62,261 nucleotides of DNA, filler included, from Circinaria calcarea (GCA_051942165.1; 19 parts of 19 records of this genome joined end to end with filler, not necessarily neighbours in it), one strand, 5' to 3'. Shown: positions 13,676 to 26,323, counted from the first letter of the whole stretch. Numbers and translations are program-made. The notes: generated by a model from the letters alone, not told the origin.

Positions 13676-14217
13676 CGCTCGGTATCATTGAAGCCTTTCC
13701 AGACCGACGTGTCTCAATTAAGTACTTGAGAAAAGTCGTGCTCGTAAGAGCAACGTTCATGGGCCGATACCTCCTTGGTGTAGGTGAGGAAAAGCAGCCT
13801 TGCCGCCTTATTCAGCCTGACAGCGAACGCGGATTGACGTGTCATGCTGTCGACTTATCCGATACCCCGCTATACACCGCAAGTACTGTACAGCCTTCTG
13901 GCACATTGATCTGGTCCTCTGGTTATTCAGAATTCCATACCTAGGGAGAAGGCGTGGAGCGCTAGTTCCTAACGAAATCGGCTATGCCACTCTAGCTGTT
14001 CTACATGTGGAGCATCTCAGTCGGAAGGCGCAAGCCTTTCGTATAGCAAACACGGTACCCAAATTTGACATGATAAAGTGGCAGTATTGATAGTCTTCAC
14101 GAAAACCGCTAGCCACCCTTGAACTGTTGGTGGTGAGCGAAAGCCAAAGGCTAAAGAAAAATCCGACGTAAGTCTTATCTAGCAAAACAGGAGATCCAAC
14201 ATTTCACTGACCATCAG

Positions 14218-14880
14218 ATGTTAGACCACCTCACGATGTCGGAAATCACGCGAATCAGTGTCAAAATATGCCCGGGGAACGATATTGAGGAACACAATAG
14301 TCATGCTTTCCTTGACGAAACACTCCAGAAGAATTGGATATCGGAGAGACTGTCCAATATTCTCGAACTCCAGCCGTCTTCCTATACCGATAAGATATCC
14401 GTGGACTGGCGTGGACGAAAGCTACAATCTGTTGGGGTCGTAACCCTCAGTTGGTCCAGAAGCGACGTGGAGATTCCCAATTCCTACACGACAGCGTTCC
14501 ATGTCACTCATGATGACTCTCTCCATCTCATCATTGGGAACGAACTGCTGTCCAAGGAAAAACGGATCAGAGATCCTCAAGAGGGTGTCCTCATCCTAAC
14601 GAGCTCGACGAAAGGAACCAAAGGTAACGACGCCTCCTTTCCATCCCGCTCAGTCTTTTGGGGAATCCCATAAACCATGGCCAGTGCTCATTCAAATATG
14701 TGTTTTGCAGTAATGCAAGCGGAGATAGCAAAGACGAAGCAGGAACACGATGCGAAGATCAAGAGTCGTGACGCACGCTTGGCAGAACGAGAACAACATG
14801 CGTTGCAGGCTCAGAAAACTCGAAGCGGCGAGGCAAGCTCTTCCGGTGCAAAGGCCAAGTCCCCTGGGGGCGGGGAGTAG
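14218..14880 (+). CDS. Retropepsin/aspartic-protease-like hypothetical protein with coiled-coil tail (intron 14624-14710; probable 5'UTR intron 14168-14217)
   Basis: AFLDETLQKNWIS..GRKLQSVGVVTLSW..FHV..LIIGNELL follows the LD(T/S)G..NxIS..ILG pattern; canonical splice signals join ORFs 14218 and 14677. Confidence 0.6.
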
Positions 14881-15194
14881 TCCTCTCATTCAGTGAGAAA
14901 ATAGGTCTCCTATGATTGAATAGCACTCACTACCATTATGTTTGCTTTCCGTGCCATGAAAATCCTATTTCAAATTCCGATCTCGATTACATGGCATTAT
15001 CTATCTTCTGTAGAATCAGGCCCGCGCCCATTGGGTATACCATAAAAGCGCCGAATGCCCTCAAAGTTCATTTCCCCATCGTCCCTTTTTCTAGAGGATC
15101 CAAATTCCCCATCCAGATCTGTAAAGTAATAACCACTTCTTCGAAAGAAAGAAACAAATCGCCCGGTCCCCTAAAAAACGAAAGAGTCCATTTG

Positions 15195-16359
15195 CTACCC
15201 ACCATGGATTCCGCTCTCCACAATCCGAAGGAGATCTGCCACATGCACAGCCAATGGCCGGTTGTGAGCCATGACATTCCATAAGCTACCCCTCAAAGGT
15301 CCGAACAGCCTCTCGATCCACCCGTCCACCCCTTCCGCCTTTGTCATCAGCGGATTCCCGGTTTCATCCTCGAGTCCGATGGTCGCCTTGGGGATGTTTC
15401 GCGCTAGATTCCTAAGGACGAGGACGCTAGTCAGGGGAAGACCGGCCGCTTCACCTCGCTCGTCGACGGCGGTGGTATACCAACTCTGATATTCGCAGAC
15501 CGCATCACGGTTCTGGAAGTCGGTGTCGGCAGGTATGTAGTTACGGAAAGCGGGGTCGCCTCTGCTGGGTGGAGCGGTGGGAATGGAGCGGTTGTGCTTG
15601 GCCTTATGACTTGCTAATACGCTCGTATCCGGTAGGTGGGTCTTGACGTGTATGGCGAGTTCGTACGGGTTGTCGGTTCCCCCTTGACTGGCAAAACGCT
15701 CGCATCCAGCCCAGTAACAGTCATATATCTGCGATTCGTTGTGGTTTGTAGCTGTAGGCTCGGAGAGATCCAATTTATGGTCTAATCTCGGCGCGGGTGG
15801 AATGTGTGTAGATACAAGATGATCCCAGATTTCTTGTGGCTTGAGGAAGAAATGCCCGCATACAACTTGATGACCAGGAGGTTTCCATAAACAGCGTGAA
15901 TAGAGGCGGTTCTTTGTATCCATGGGTAGATGTCGAGAACGAATACCTTTGATAATGAACTTTTGGACTCCGCCTTGGCCAGTGATGACTTGGGCATTAG
16001 CAGCAGGAAAAGTGGCACTAACATTCTTGATGAATTCTGCAGCGGCTAACAAGGGGACTTCGGGACTGCTAAACTCCGAAAATCGAGATTGATAGGCTTG
16101 CCAGAGAGCGATTTGCGTGATTTCGCTTTGAGCGTCCTCTTCAAAGCATGCTCGAAGCCAATGAGATGAGCGGTCCGGTTCGTTGTATTGGATGATCTGA
16201 TCAAACAAGTCTTTTGGTACTGCAGGAACTTCGGTCGCGGCAGCGTAGGGAATAAAAGGAGAAATGACACGCGAGGAAGTGCTTTCTTTAGCATGGAACA
16301 AGAGAAGTCGAGTTAACTGAGAGAGGAATGGATCAAGCAACAGACGTTTTGCATGCATC
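15195..16359 (-). CDS. RSC9: RSC chromatin-remodelling subunit Rsc9, 3' part
   Basis: RFX-like winged helix WLRACFEED..EITQIALWQAYQSRF..FIKNVS..KFIIKGI, C2H2-like segments, and GLPLTSVLVLRNLARN. Confidence 0.88.
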
Positions 16360-16459
16360 NNNNNNNNNNNNNNNNNNNNNNNNNNNNNNNNNNNNNNNNN
16401 NNNTTAATTAATTAANNNNNNNNNNNNNNNNNNNNNNNNNNNNNNNNNNNNNNNNNNNN

Positions 16460-16680
16460 GCCTTCTGGTAAACCTTCACCAAGCAGTATAGGAATGCAGC
16501 GAGCCATAGAAACCATTCTAGGAAAGCCGCAAGCATCACAGTTCCAACGATGGCAACATAAACAATCTAGACAGGATCGTTAGCAAGGGTGATTGTGAAA
16601 TCGGCAAGAAGGCACCCCCATACATCTGCCTTCGGCCATGGCGCCGTGATAGGCGGTATCCCATTATTAAAGTTGCTCAT
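16460..16680 (-). CDS. Chitin synthase (class VI/ChsD-like GT2), first two exons (16624-16680, 16460-16566); not in the ORF track
   Basis: Spliced product MSNFNNGIPPITAPWPKAD/IVYVAIVGTVMLAAFLEWFLWLAAFLYCLVKVYQK resembles the ChsD-type N-terminus as I recall it; GTATGG..GCTAAC..TAG intron. Confidence 0.7.
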
Positions 16681-19143
16681 CCCAAGTAATCCAACAGGTC
16701 AGGTCACGAAGGAGATGATGGCAGAGTAGATTCGGCAGACGGTGAGGGAGTCTCGTTCCCTCTAGTCACAAAGTCTGGTTGTAAGTTTGAATTATCTAGG
16801 ATGTGGATAAGGATGGGGTAATAATGCGGTGCGCCGGTTCCACGGCAAGCTGCGTCGGTCCAGGATCATCAGCCTTCAAACTCCGGTTTTGAGAACAAAC
16901 AGACGGCCTGGAGAGGTTGAAATGCTTCCTTTTGCTCTAGGTATGGCAATGGAGCCTTATGAGGATCGTTGACGTACCACAGTGTCAACTCAAAGCTCGG
17001 GAGCAAAAGTGAATGATACTCCAGGTTTCGGTGGCCCAGTTCAAAGGCGTAATGAGCCCTACTTTGAAACAGTGAGCAATAGAGAGAGGCGATTAGTGAG
17101 TTTCACTCTTTAGCTGGTCGCAAAGCAGTCAAAGATTAATGACTCGACGTTGAAAAGTCAATAGTGTAGCGAGTGTGTTGGAGGGAAGAAGGAGTGAATC
17201 GTCGGCAGCTGGTTACGTAAAGGCGCAAAATCAGAAGGCCATTTACAACGGCAACTCCGTCATCGCCAGCAGAAAGTCGGATTTAGTTTCTTTAAAGGAA
17301 AGACAGGGTGGGATTCTGAGGGAGAGAGCCGAATGAAAGGAAACTTGGGATGCGGGGCGCTGGCTACCTTCCCAATATGAATACGAAAACGAGTGGAAGC
17401 GCAGTAGTGCCCGCGGGGTGAAAAGGATACGGGGGAACAGGTCGTGGATGAATTGAGTGAAGTTGGAGGGAGGCACCCAATGGAGAATATACAGGCGCAC
17501 GAGAGAGCTTAACAATAATCACAGGAGTGGGTTATGATAGTGCCATCTGGTCGACCGGCATGGGCCAAGAGAGACCTTTTGGTCACAGTCCTACAAGGGT
17601 AACCGCTGCCGTCGCATACCAGCTAGCACGTTTGCCACCAAACACATTCCCCGGACGGTCGAAGCCGTGAGAGCTGCCGCGCTTCTTCTCCTTTGTATTT
17701 TGCGACCCGTGGACATCTGAGAGTAAGTTTTCCTCTCAAGCCGCCCAGTCCAGCGTCTGATGGGGAGATCTGGGCGCCTCCCCTGATGCCGCTAAGACGA
17801 TCCTCTCAAGGATCCCCCCCGAGCCTCTAAACGCTCTCAGAAGCCTAAACTGCGTAATGCCAACCCTTTCCCCGGGCGGCAGTATGCAGGTCATTTTCTG
17901 GTAGCAACTATTGCATCGGCTCGGGCAGAACTCTCTTTGTACGGCTTCTCTACAGAACGCTGTCAGACAGTTCCCAATCGGACTGGCTAATGCAGCCCAT
18001 TATCTATCCTGCTGCGAATCGGAATTCTCAACCCTGCATCCACCGCCTCAGCCTCACCGCCGTTATGGATTGCTATTCTACAATGTCCAGCGGCAAAGTA
18101 TCTCCCACCGTTAGGAGTCGAGCAACCGATCTGGAGGGAACGTGTCTCGGACGCTAACCCGTATCTATACATAGCCCACATCCCAACTCTGCCACTAGAG
18201 TAGCACGTTTACCCCGTCCAGAGGCCGAAACAAAACCTTAAACCTGGCGTTTATTCTCCGGTCCCTAGTTTCAGGGTCTAAACTACGCGTACAGCCAAAC
18301 CAGGGAAGAATCACTCCCGGTTAAAATTGGCTTTCGGACAGACCGCTAGGAATGATTTAATCGTATGCTGCATCGGCCAGATGGAGCGTGTGCCCCCTCC
18401 GCGATATCTACTTTCGTGGACAGCATGGCCATACAGCCGGTCCCCACCTGCTTTAGATACTAGGAAGAAAAGTTAAGCATCGAAGCTACCAAGGGCCCCG
18501 ACTTGGAAAGACTGTACAGTACCACGATATCTTATTATCATCGTGCGTCCCATTAGTCTCCGCCAATTTCCTTTAGCCTTTTAACCCTACTCCTACGCAG
18601 TGGGTCCTTGAACGGTTACACAATGAATTTTGCCGGGGGGCATTATTATTTCATCGCGGGATAGACTATCACGAATAAACGAAGCTAGGGTCGACACAAG
18701 CCACGCAAAATAATGATACTGGAACCAACGCCCGAGCATCCGGCAATGCACGTCCCACCAATTCAATCTAGAGTGATACATGTATTTCTGAAACGTTGCG
18801 AGGAAGCCCACCCGGATTAAGGGCGTTAACCCCGTGGTCCCGTCCTCCTCTAGCTCGACGCCAATCTGCATGCGGAGGAATCTCCTGAGAAGGACGCTGC
18901 GAATGTATCAGCTGCTTCTTTGCTTCTTTACATGAAACCCCTTCCCACTATCGATGCGAGACATCAAACAGGCGACGACCAACTTGTTGTGGAGGTGTGC
19001 TGTTTGGCGACCATCGCGACTCTTGGCGGTCGAGTCCTAATGGGCGGGGCTATTCCACTACGAACAACGAGTTCGACAACAGCGGTATAGATGATATAGA
19101 GATGCTCTTCCGCTTGCAATAGCATGCAAGCTCTATGAAATCA

Positions 19144-19647
19144 TCATGTCCTGTATGCACATCATAGGCTGAATCAGCAACTGAATCTGTGATGCCCTTC
19201 TCCGTCCGGAAGGAAGAGCTGCAATACTTACCAGTCGACGTCACTGAGCTGCAATTTCCTAGCGCGTTGACCCCGATGTGTTCCGGACCCAACCGGTCTG
19301 GCATTGCCATGACCTGGCGAAGACTGGTGCAGAGACGCATTGTGTTGGTGATGGGAAGCACCATGCTTCTCGCCACCACCGGGACCTTGAGACATATGAT
19401 CGTGAGTAACTGCCGTTGCTGGACTTAAGTGGTGCTTGGGGAGATTGGGGTTGGGTTGGGAGAAGTAGATAGAGTAAAGATTATTATCTGTACCGTCTTG
19501 GTCTGCATTTGAGTCCTGCAAGTCATAGTTCAAGACAAGGTTCTTGATACGTTGCTGCTCCGCTCGCTCGTTTTCTTTCTGATTCCTCATGGCAACAGCA
19601 AAGTGTGAGTCCGAAGGCAGCTCAATCGTCCGAGTCTATGACCTGTC
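19144..19647 (-). CDS. UPF2: Nonsense-mediated decay factor Upf2/Nmd2, C-terminal part
   Basis: ELPSDSHFAVAMRNQKENERAEQQRIKNLVLNYD and terminal RARKLQLSDVDW; candidate introns 19386-19493 and 19151-19231. Confidence 0.88.
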
Positions 19648-19747
19648 NNNNNNNNNNNNNNNNNNNNNNNNNNNNNNNNNNNNNNNNNNNNTTAATTAAT
19701 TAANNNNNNNNNNNNNNNNNNNNNNNNNNNNNNNNNNNNNNNNNNNN

Positions 19748-20120
19748 TACAATGGCCTTGCCGGTTTGGCTTGCAAGTGAGTTATGGGTTGATGAGAAGG
19801 ATATCTTGGAAGCGGAAGAGGCGGTAGAGGCTAAAGCTTTGGCTAGCCAAAAGGGCAGGAAGCGGAAGGGTAGAGAAGGTGAAGGAGACGGCAGTGAGGC
19901 GAAAAAGAAGGCTAAAAAGCTCGAGGATACTGATTTGAGTAATGAAATGGCTGAGAGGAGAAAGAAGCTGCGACAACAAAAGAAGGAAGCAAGGGATACT
20001 GCTGACAATGTATCGTTACCCGAAGGGCCCGGAGGGGAGGATGTTCAGAAGGAGAGGGAGTTGCGGGATAGCAAGAAAAAAGCCAAGGCCGAAAAGGCCA
20101 AAACTGTTACGGTAACTTAG
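19748..20120 (+). CDS. Ribosomal-L1-domain nucleolar protein (Cic1/Utp30-like), C-terminal part
   Basis: TMALPVWLASELWVDE followed by a K/E-rich tail. Confidence 0.7.
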
Positions 20121-22297
20121 ATACCCAGGCGCTCTATTCGAGATTTCTCCGTACGCAATGAATTCAACTATAATGGAGTTGAAATCGTTTCAAAAGTCCT
20201 TTCGCTGATGAGTTACGAGTACAATCTCTTATTAGCTGGCATATCATTCACTTCTTGCTCCTTACATATGATAAGCTTGCAGGCCGAATATCAGTCAACA
20301 TGTGGACATTGCCCTTTCGTTCGAGTCTTCTTCTGGATCACATTTGATATGAGTGGTCACAGCTACTTTGCAAATCGAAAGCACTCAATATGGAGCTTTT
20401 TGCTGCTTCGACGTTTACATGCACCCACTACTATTAATTAATGGATGCACCAGCCATGCAGCGCCACTTCTTTCTTGGGCTATTTGACAGAGGAGTCACT
20501 CGATGCCACTTCCCTCTAGGGTTTGCGTGATATAGGCGATTTTCCGACGCAACAAACGTTGGGGTGTGAATATACTGTTGGGGCCATGCTCTTGCGATGA
20601 AGCGTCAAGTCATCAGGGGTGAACAGCGGTGAATGTGGGCTCATAAACGATATAGGGTTAGACCTTCTCCGTTGGAGTAGGAAGACTACATAGGAAGTTC
20701 CGTCAAATCACGAACATGCCCAGACGAAGCTTCAAATCATCTTTCTCATACTCCGTATTACATTGCTTTTCCGCCGCTTCCCATATATCTTCACATACTA
20801 GCTTTCTTTTCCGTTGCAATAGGCTTGGATTTGATATCGCCACCCATAGTATTATCCACCTGCTTCAACGTGCATCGGCTAATCCTTCAGTGTGCTTCTC
20901 TATTCTCCCATTTTCACAGCTTTGCTACCGGCGGGGCCCTAGCAAAGCTCTCGTCACCCGATCGAACTGTTCCCCCCACGCCCACCTTTCTCGCTCTAGG
21001 AGATCGGGGTCATGAGCGATCCGAGCTCTCTTAGTGTCTATCGACATGGCGGCGGCGATGATGGAAGGATCGGTGGTAAGAATATCGTAGTATGCTTCGA
21101 TATCAAGATTGCTGTTGGAGGAGCTCTAGGGTCGATGACGGGGTTCACTTCAATTCAATAGTTTATGTATGGCAGCCCTTCCTCTACTCCGTCCTCTATG
21201 ATGACAAAGCGAAGGCAAATTCCTAAGCTTTCCCCTCCCCAGTCTGACTGACTGGATCTCACCGCCGTGGTCAACCTTGAGTCCAGCAATATCCGGGATG
21301 TCGGCGTTCCTTTTCTGCAAAACGAAATGGACCACACATTGGCAAACTGGGACTCGAAGCATTCACGCATTGCGATTTGGACAGGCAGTAAGCTGGGCTA
21401 CTGCACCGCAGAACTATCCGTGTAGGCAACTGATCAGGGAAACAGCTTCGATGGTCACACCGAACAATAGGGTTACCAGTGTCGCCGTATACCCTGTTGT
21501 GCGTGTCAATGACACCGGCAGTGCCGCGTCGGAATTCCTGTATAGTACTCTCATGAATATGACGGCAGATATCAATGTCATCTGGGTCGACCGGACAAGA
21601 CCTTGGCTGTTTAGCGTAAGTCCGCCGTCTATCTACCGCGGGCAAGAACTTCACCTTACTGAAGCATCCTATCTCCAGGCGGGAGTAATCTTATACGGAG
21701 GCTTCTCCTCCGCCGGCTGCAGCGGCGCACATCTTCTACCCGCCGCACTTGCGCACCCGGGCTCGCTGAACGGCTTCCCGAGTAATGTGTTTCAGATGCG
21801 GTTGGCGCTAGGCGGGACGGTTGACGGGGAAGTGGCCACCGAGTGTGGATTTGTATCAAACGATGTAGGGGGAGAGCTTTTAAGTACGTAGAGTATGCGT
21901 ATCCCGGGGTTAATGGGGATGGTGGGGTGGAGGTCTGAGGGAAGAGAGATGAGGATGATGAGGGAGAGGTTGGGTAGGTTGTCATCGGGGAGGGGGTCTA
22001 GATTGATTTGGGTTTGGATAGTGATGTTGTTCGGTGTTATCTAGACTATGTAAGATTACGAGTCTTCAAAGATAGGATTCTACTTGCTTCTTGAGTAGGG
22101 ATTTTTGTATGGCAACTGGCTGCAGAGTCATTGCTGCCGTGCGTCTAATGAGACCCTGGAGGAGCATTCCCCAAAGGACATGGTACGATCAATATCTCCC
22201 GTATCTATGTGTGAAGCTTTCCGTAGTTGATCATACTAACGAGTCAAAGACTAGGTTGTGGAATAGGGCGTGTTGATAGATATATTGTATTATGAAT

Positions 22298-22935
22298 CTA
22301 ATAGTACACTGACTCTTCTTCCTGTTTCTTCTTGCTCGTCCAAACGAGGCTTTCCTCCGTCCGTGGTGTAAAGTATTTCTTAAAGGCCTCAATAAGCACC
22401 TCATCAGTAAGTTGCATATGAGGTCCATCCACGGCCCTAAACTCTAGCCTCTCCTTCTTGTCCAACCACCGCAATCCTAGCCAGTCCTCTTTGTACATCT
22501 TCCTCTGCTGTAGCTTTGTTTCCGCTCCAGTCGTTGCATTCACCTCACTGAACCATCCGCTCTCCTTCGGTATAACAGTCACGTCCTTTGAGAACACGTA
22601 CATTGCGAACCGCTCAAGCTTCTTCATGTTTTCTTTATAAGTTTCGTTTTTAACCTTGCGCTCGTTGTTGACGTCGGCGAGAAAATTGCTTCCCTCGAGG
22701 TAGGCCTCTATCTCTTCTGCATCCCGAAAATATTGCGCAGGGACTAGTCTGCCCTGTACGAATTTGCTCCACGTATTCCCCCTTAATAAGGTCCGCGCTC
22801 CCTGGCAGAGCCAGTCGCCACTCTCGCACTTCTGAAAATCAGCAATTCCATTGTGTTGGCTACCAAATGTTACAAGATTTGCAACCGGGGGGCTATTGCA
22901 GCGTTGGACATAGGCACGTAGAAATTGGCCGCCTT
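22298..22935 (-). CDS. PPT1: Palmitoyl-protein thioesterase, 3' part
   Basis: GGQFLRAYVQRCN, LVTFGSQHNG, LVPAQYFRD, FLADVNNER, DVTVIPKESGWF, YKEDWLGL and GPHM motifs. Confidence 0.93.
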
Positions 22936-23317
22936 NNNNNNNNNNNNNNNNNNNNNNNNNNNNNNNNNNNNNNNNNNNNTTAATTAATTAANNNNNNNNN
23001 NNNNNNNNNNNNNNNNNNNNNNNNNNNNNNNNNNNTTGAGGCTCTCGAGGTTCGAGCGCGAATACTTTACTTTCATGTCTATCTGCTGGTACCAGTCCGA
23101 CGAATGTAACGTTGTCCGAGTCTCGATGGGAGTCCCGACAGTGCCACTACAACGATGTCAGTTCAAGACGCCCTGCAAAAACGGTTGAGCAAATAGTTTA
23201 ATGGTGCCACATGAACGCTTGAGTACTGCTAGAATCCCAAAAGCATGTCTACATGACCTGATGGATGGACTCCGTTATGAACACGGCCCATCCGATGGGC
23301 ACGCCAAGATGATGAAC

Positions 23318-23848
23318 TTACAGGTTTCCGTAAGTCGGTCGATGTCTTCTTGCCGGCTTCTTAGCTGGCGCGAACGGACGCTTCCCAGCGACATGACCCT
23401 CCCTGGCATTGACAGAGGCGGGCACTGGGTCTAGTCCAGATTCTGCCATCGGGCTGGAAATCGCGGCTCGTTCATGTCCCCCACGCTTCCTCTTCTTTGC
23501 CGATATGAGACCAGCGTAGCGGTTTTTCACCGCTGGCAAATCGGCTTTTTGATACCCAAGGTCCTCTGGCTTTTCATGACCCATGGATGTCCCCTTCCCT
23601 TTCTCGTCCAAGCCAGATTGGATATCCAGGCTGAAGCCTTTTAATTCGCCTACCCCGTGTCCGGCGGATGAGACCTGGAGGGCAGAGACATTCTTGACAG
23701 TTAGCTCTGACGGTCGAAAACCCAGGGCTTTCTTTTGAGTCTTTAGCTTCGATCTCTCGCTCGCAAGCTCCTTCGCCTTGGCTATCTCTAATTTTGCGGT
23801 GAAGGAGCCGGGAATTGGGATAGTAATGTTGCTTGTAGGGCCAGGCAT
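23318..23848 (-). CDS. Hypothetical basic protein
   Basis: 176-aa ATG-initiated ORF with an NLS-like KKRKR; no family recognised. Confidence 0.45.
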   Translation of the reverse strand: MPGPTSNITIPIPGSFTAKLEIAKAKELASERSKLKTQKKALGFRPSELTVKNVSALQVSSAGHGVGELKGFSLDIQSGLDEKGKGTSMGHEKPEDLGYQKADLPAVKNRYAGLISAKKRKRGGHERAAISSPMAESGLDPVPASVNAREGHVAGKRPFAPAKKPARRHRPTYGNL

Positions 23849-24483
23849 GACATGGATATGACAATGATGATGGTGTTGATGATGCCGCTGGTTTCCCAGT
23901 TGTATTTAGAAGAGTCTCACTCTAATCAACCCAGAAATAGGTGGACAGGTGGGAGTCCATGTACATAGTATTAGGTTGTGTTAGGATACCTTCGTTGTAG
24001 AACCTCATAGCATTATGTTTGAATCACGCGTGTATAAAGGAAAAGATGACGAGGAGATCATGGGAATGTGATGCCATTCGTGTGCCAGTAAGTGATCGCT
24101 GTTGTTTGACAAGAGTGAGAGGATTTCGATCACATGACATCCGCACGTGCTTGATATGTCGATCGCGAAGCTATGGGTGCCTGTTTTCGGCAGGGGGGGA
24201 TTTCTCGAGGGTCCTCGAGAAAACGTCGAGAATCACGTTTATGGAGGTAAGCCTAATTTCATCCGTGGAACGTTATCTTTACTGGTGAACCGAGAACCGC
24301 CAGGAGCGTACCATATCAAATAACTGCCCCTCGGTTAGAGCATGACTTTCGAGGAACTTTTACACGGAAATCATATCTAGGTCGTCAAAACAAGCCAGGA
24401 CCTTGAATGTTGAGAAGTCCGGTTCATATGGTAAAGAACTTTGATTTACAGATAGTGAGGATGAAAGCACTCCTGATAGACTA

Positions 24484-25761
24484 ATGTTCTCTCATCGGCA
24501 ACGACTGATGCATACTGGCCTCGTATGCACCAGCCGGGTGGCAAGGCGGCAAATTCGGTCGACGAGGGCCCCTGGTGGAAGATTACCGAAGAAGTTCATG
24601 ATATGGAGAAGACACTACATCATGAGCGTTACTGATCTTCCAACAGTCCTGGTACCGCCAGCCATATTCACCGGGCTATTGGTTTCGCTATGGTTCTACA
24701 AATGTTGCATGATGGTCATTTTTCAGAACAAGATCATCTACATGCCCTCGATACCCCCCTATTCCAGGTCAGAAAAGATCGAAACTTACCGACATCAGTG
24801 TCATCCGGTTGAGTGGCATGAGCATTGCATCGCTGCCCCCGACGGTACGAAGATCTCTTTGATCGTAAGCAGCATGGCACTCACCTCGAAAGCAAATCCG
24901 AAGGCGACCAGGCCCAAAAGAGTCGTCATTCTCTATTATCAAGGGTCAGATATCCGGGCTGCAGAATTCGATGACAGTGCTGATGTGCGCAGTAATGGCT
25001 CATCTTTACCACCAAGGTTGCCCTCCTTGTCTAGGATTGTCGAAAATCTTAATTGTCCAATGGTGAATGAGTCAACAGCTGCGGAAACAGCTGTTGATTA
25101 CATTGTTGTCGCACTTTCCTATCGTGGATTCTGGACGTCCAAAGGTCGACCGTCACAGAGAGGCATTGAAATAGATGCATTGGCGGCGATGGACTGGGTC
25201 TTCAGGAAGTTCGGGACCTCCGACTACGGCGTCAAGGTAGTCCTCTGGGGCCAGAGCCTTGGCGCTGGTGTTGCAACTGTTACGGCGTCGCGCTATCAAC
25301 AGGGCGAGGCCTTGGGGGAATCGTGGTCTGGACGTCTGGCAATCGATGGATTGCTTCTCGAGACACCGTTCCTCGGTATAAGACAAATGTTAACTAGTCT
25401 CTATCCACAGAGATGGCTGCCATATCGTTATCTATGGCCGTTTCTTCGCAGCCGTTGGGACAGTGTGGATGCATTGCGTATGATAGCGTCATCGAAAGTT
25501 CCTCACCAGCCCAAAATCCTCATCCTTCAGGCTGGGAAGGACGAGGTAGTCCCTCTTAGTCATGGCCTTGAACTGGAGGAGCTTTGCCGCAAGTACGGGC
25601 TCAGCGTGAGCCGAAGTGAAGTGCCTGGTGCTCTCCACGCAGGAGTCCTCTCAAAAGAGTTAGGGCGACGCGCTGTTATCACCTTTATTCGAAATTGCGG
25701 ACAGGACGGGGCATATAGTTGGGGTGTACACACCGAGTTACATCGGCTTAAACGTTTCTAG
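24484..25761 (+). CDS. Bem46/ABHD13-family alpha/beta hydrolase (probable in-frame intron 24945-24992)
   Basis: FQNKIIYMP, YQG/NGSSLPPRLP, SYRGFWTSKGRP, nucleophile GQSLG, DEVVP and LH. Confidence 0.9.
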   Translation: MFSHRQRLMHTGLVCTSRVARRQIRSTRAPGGRLPKKFMIWRRHYIMSVTDLPTVLVPPAIFTGLLVSLWFYKCCMMVIFQNKIIYMPSIPPYSRSEKIETYRHQCHPVEWHEHCIAAPDGTKISLIVSSMALTSKANPKATRPKRVVILYYQGSDIRAAEFDDSADVRSNGSSLPPRLPSLSRIVENLNCPMVNESTAAETAVDYIVVALSYRGFWTSKGRPSQRGIEIDALAAMDWVFRKFGTSDYGVKVVLWGQSLGAGVATVTASRYQQGEALGESWSGRLAIDGLLLETPFLGIRQMLTSLYPQRWLPYRYLWPFLRSRWDSVDALRMIASSKVPHQPKILILQAGKDEVVPLSHGLELEELCRKYGLSVSRSEVPGALHAGVLSKELGRRAVITFIRNCGQDGAYSWGVHTELHRLKRF

Positions 25762-26323
25762 CTGATCACGGGCGATTATGTCGTCGATCGAGGCGGGTGA
25801 GCAGGAGTCGTTGCCGGAAATAACAACATGATACTGGAGGACCCCTCGCATATATATCATCGCCGGTCAATAACATAACATAAGATCTCGAACGTATAGA
25901 AGGCCTCTTTTGAAGACTCGAGTTATAGATACCTTAGTGAGAACGGAGCACCCCTCATACAGTGATTGTCTCTCAGCGGCCGCAATTGTTGCAGACCGGC
26001 CTCGGATGGGAAGATCCTTGGGGAGCGAGAGCCAAGACTAAAGGCCTCCAAGACTTTATTGAGCGACTTATATTCGTCGGCTAAGCGTTACAACATTCCG
26101 TAAAGTTCCAAAACTCAGCACATCTCCGATGCGGTTCGCCCCTAACATAACCATACACAACCTGTCGATCCCGCAGCCCCATCCACCAGTCGGCGGCAAG
26201 CCCCATTCCAGAGCCTCCAAGTANNNNNNNNNNNNNNNNNNNNNNNNNNNNNNNNNNNNNNNNNNNNTTAATTAATTAANNNNNNNNNNNNNNNNNNNNN
26301 NNNNNNNNNNNNNNNNNNNNNNN

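Noticed and set aside
18575..18600. TAACCCTA as a telomerase RNA template (similar 8-9-mers at about 20652 and 48927)
   Set aside because: Short matches are expected by chance, and I could not identify a pseudoknot or CR4/5 element.
21277..21891. 204-aa plus-strand ORF
   Set aside because: TTG start, no recognisable motifs, and it overlaps minus-strand splice signals.
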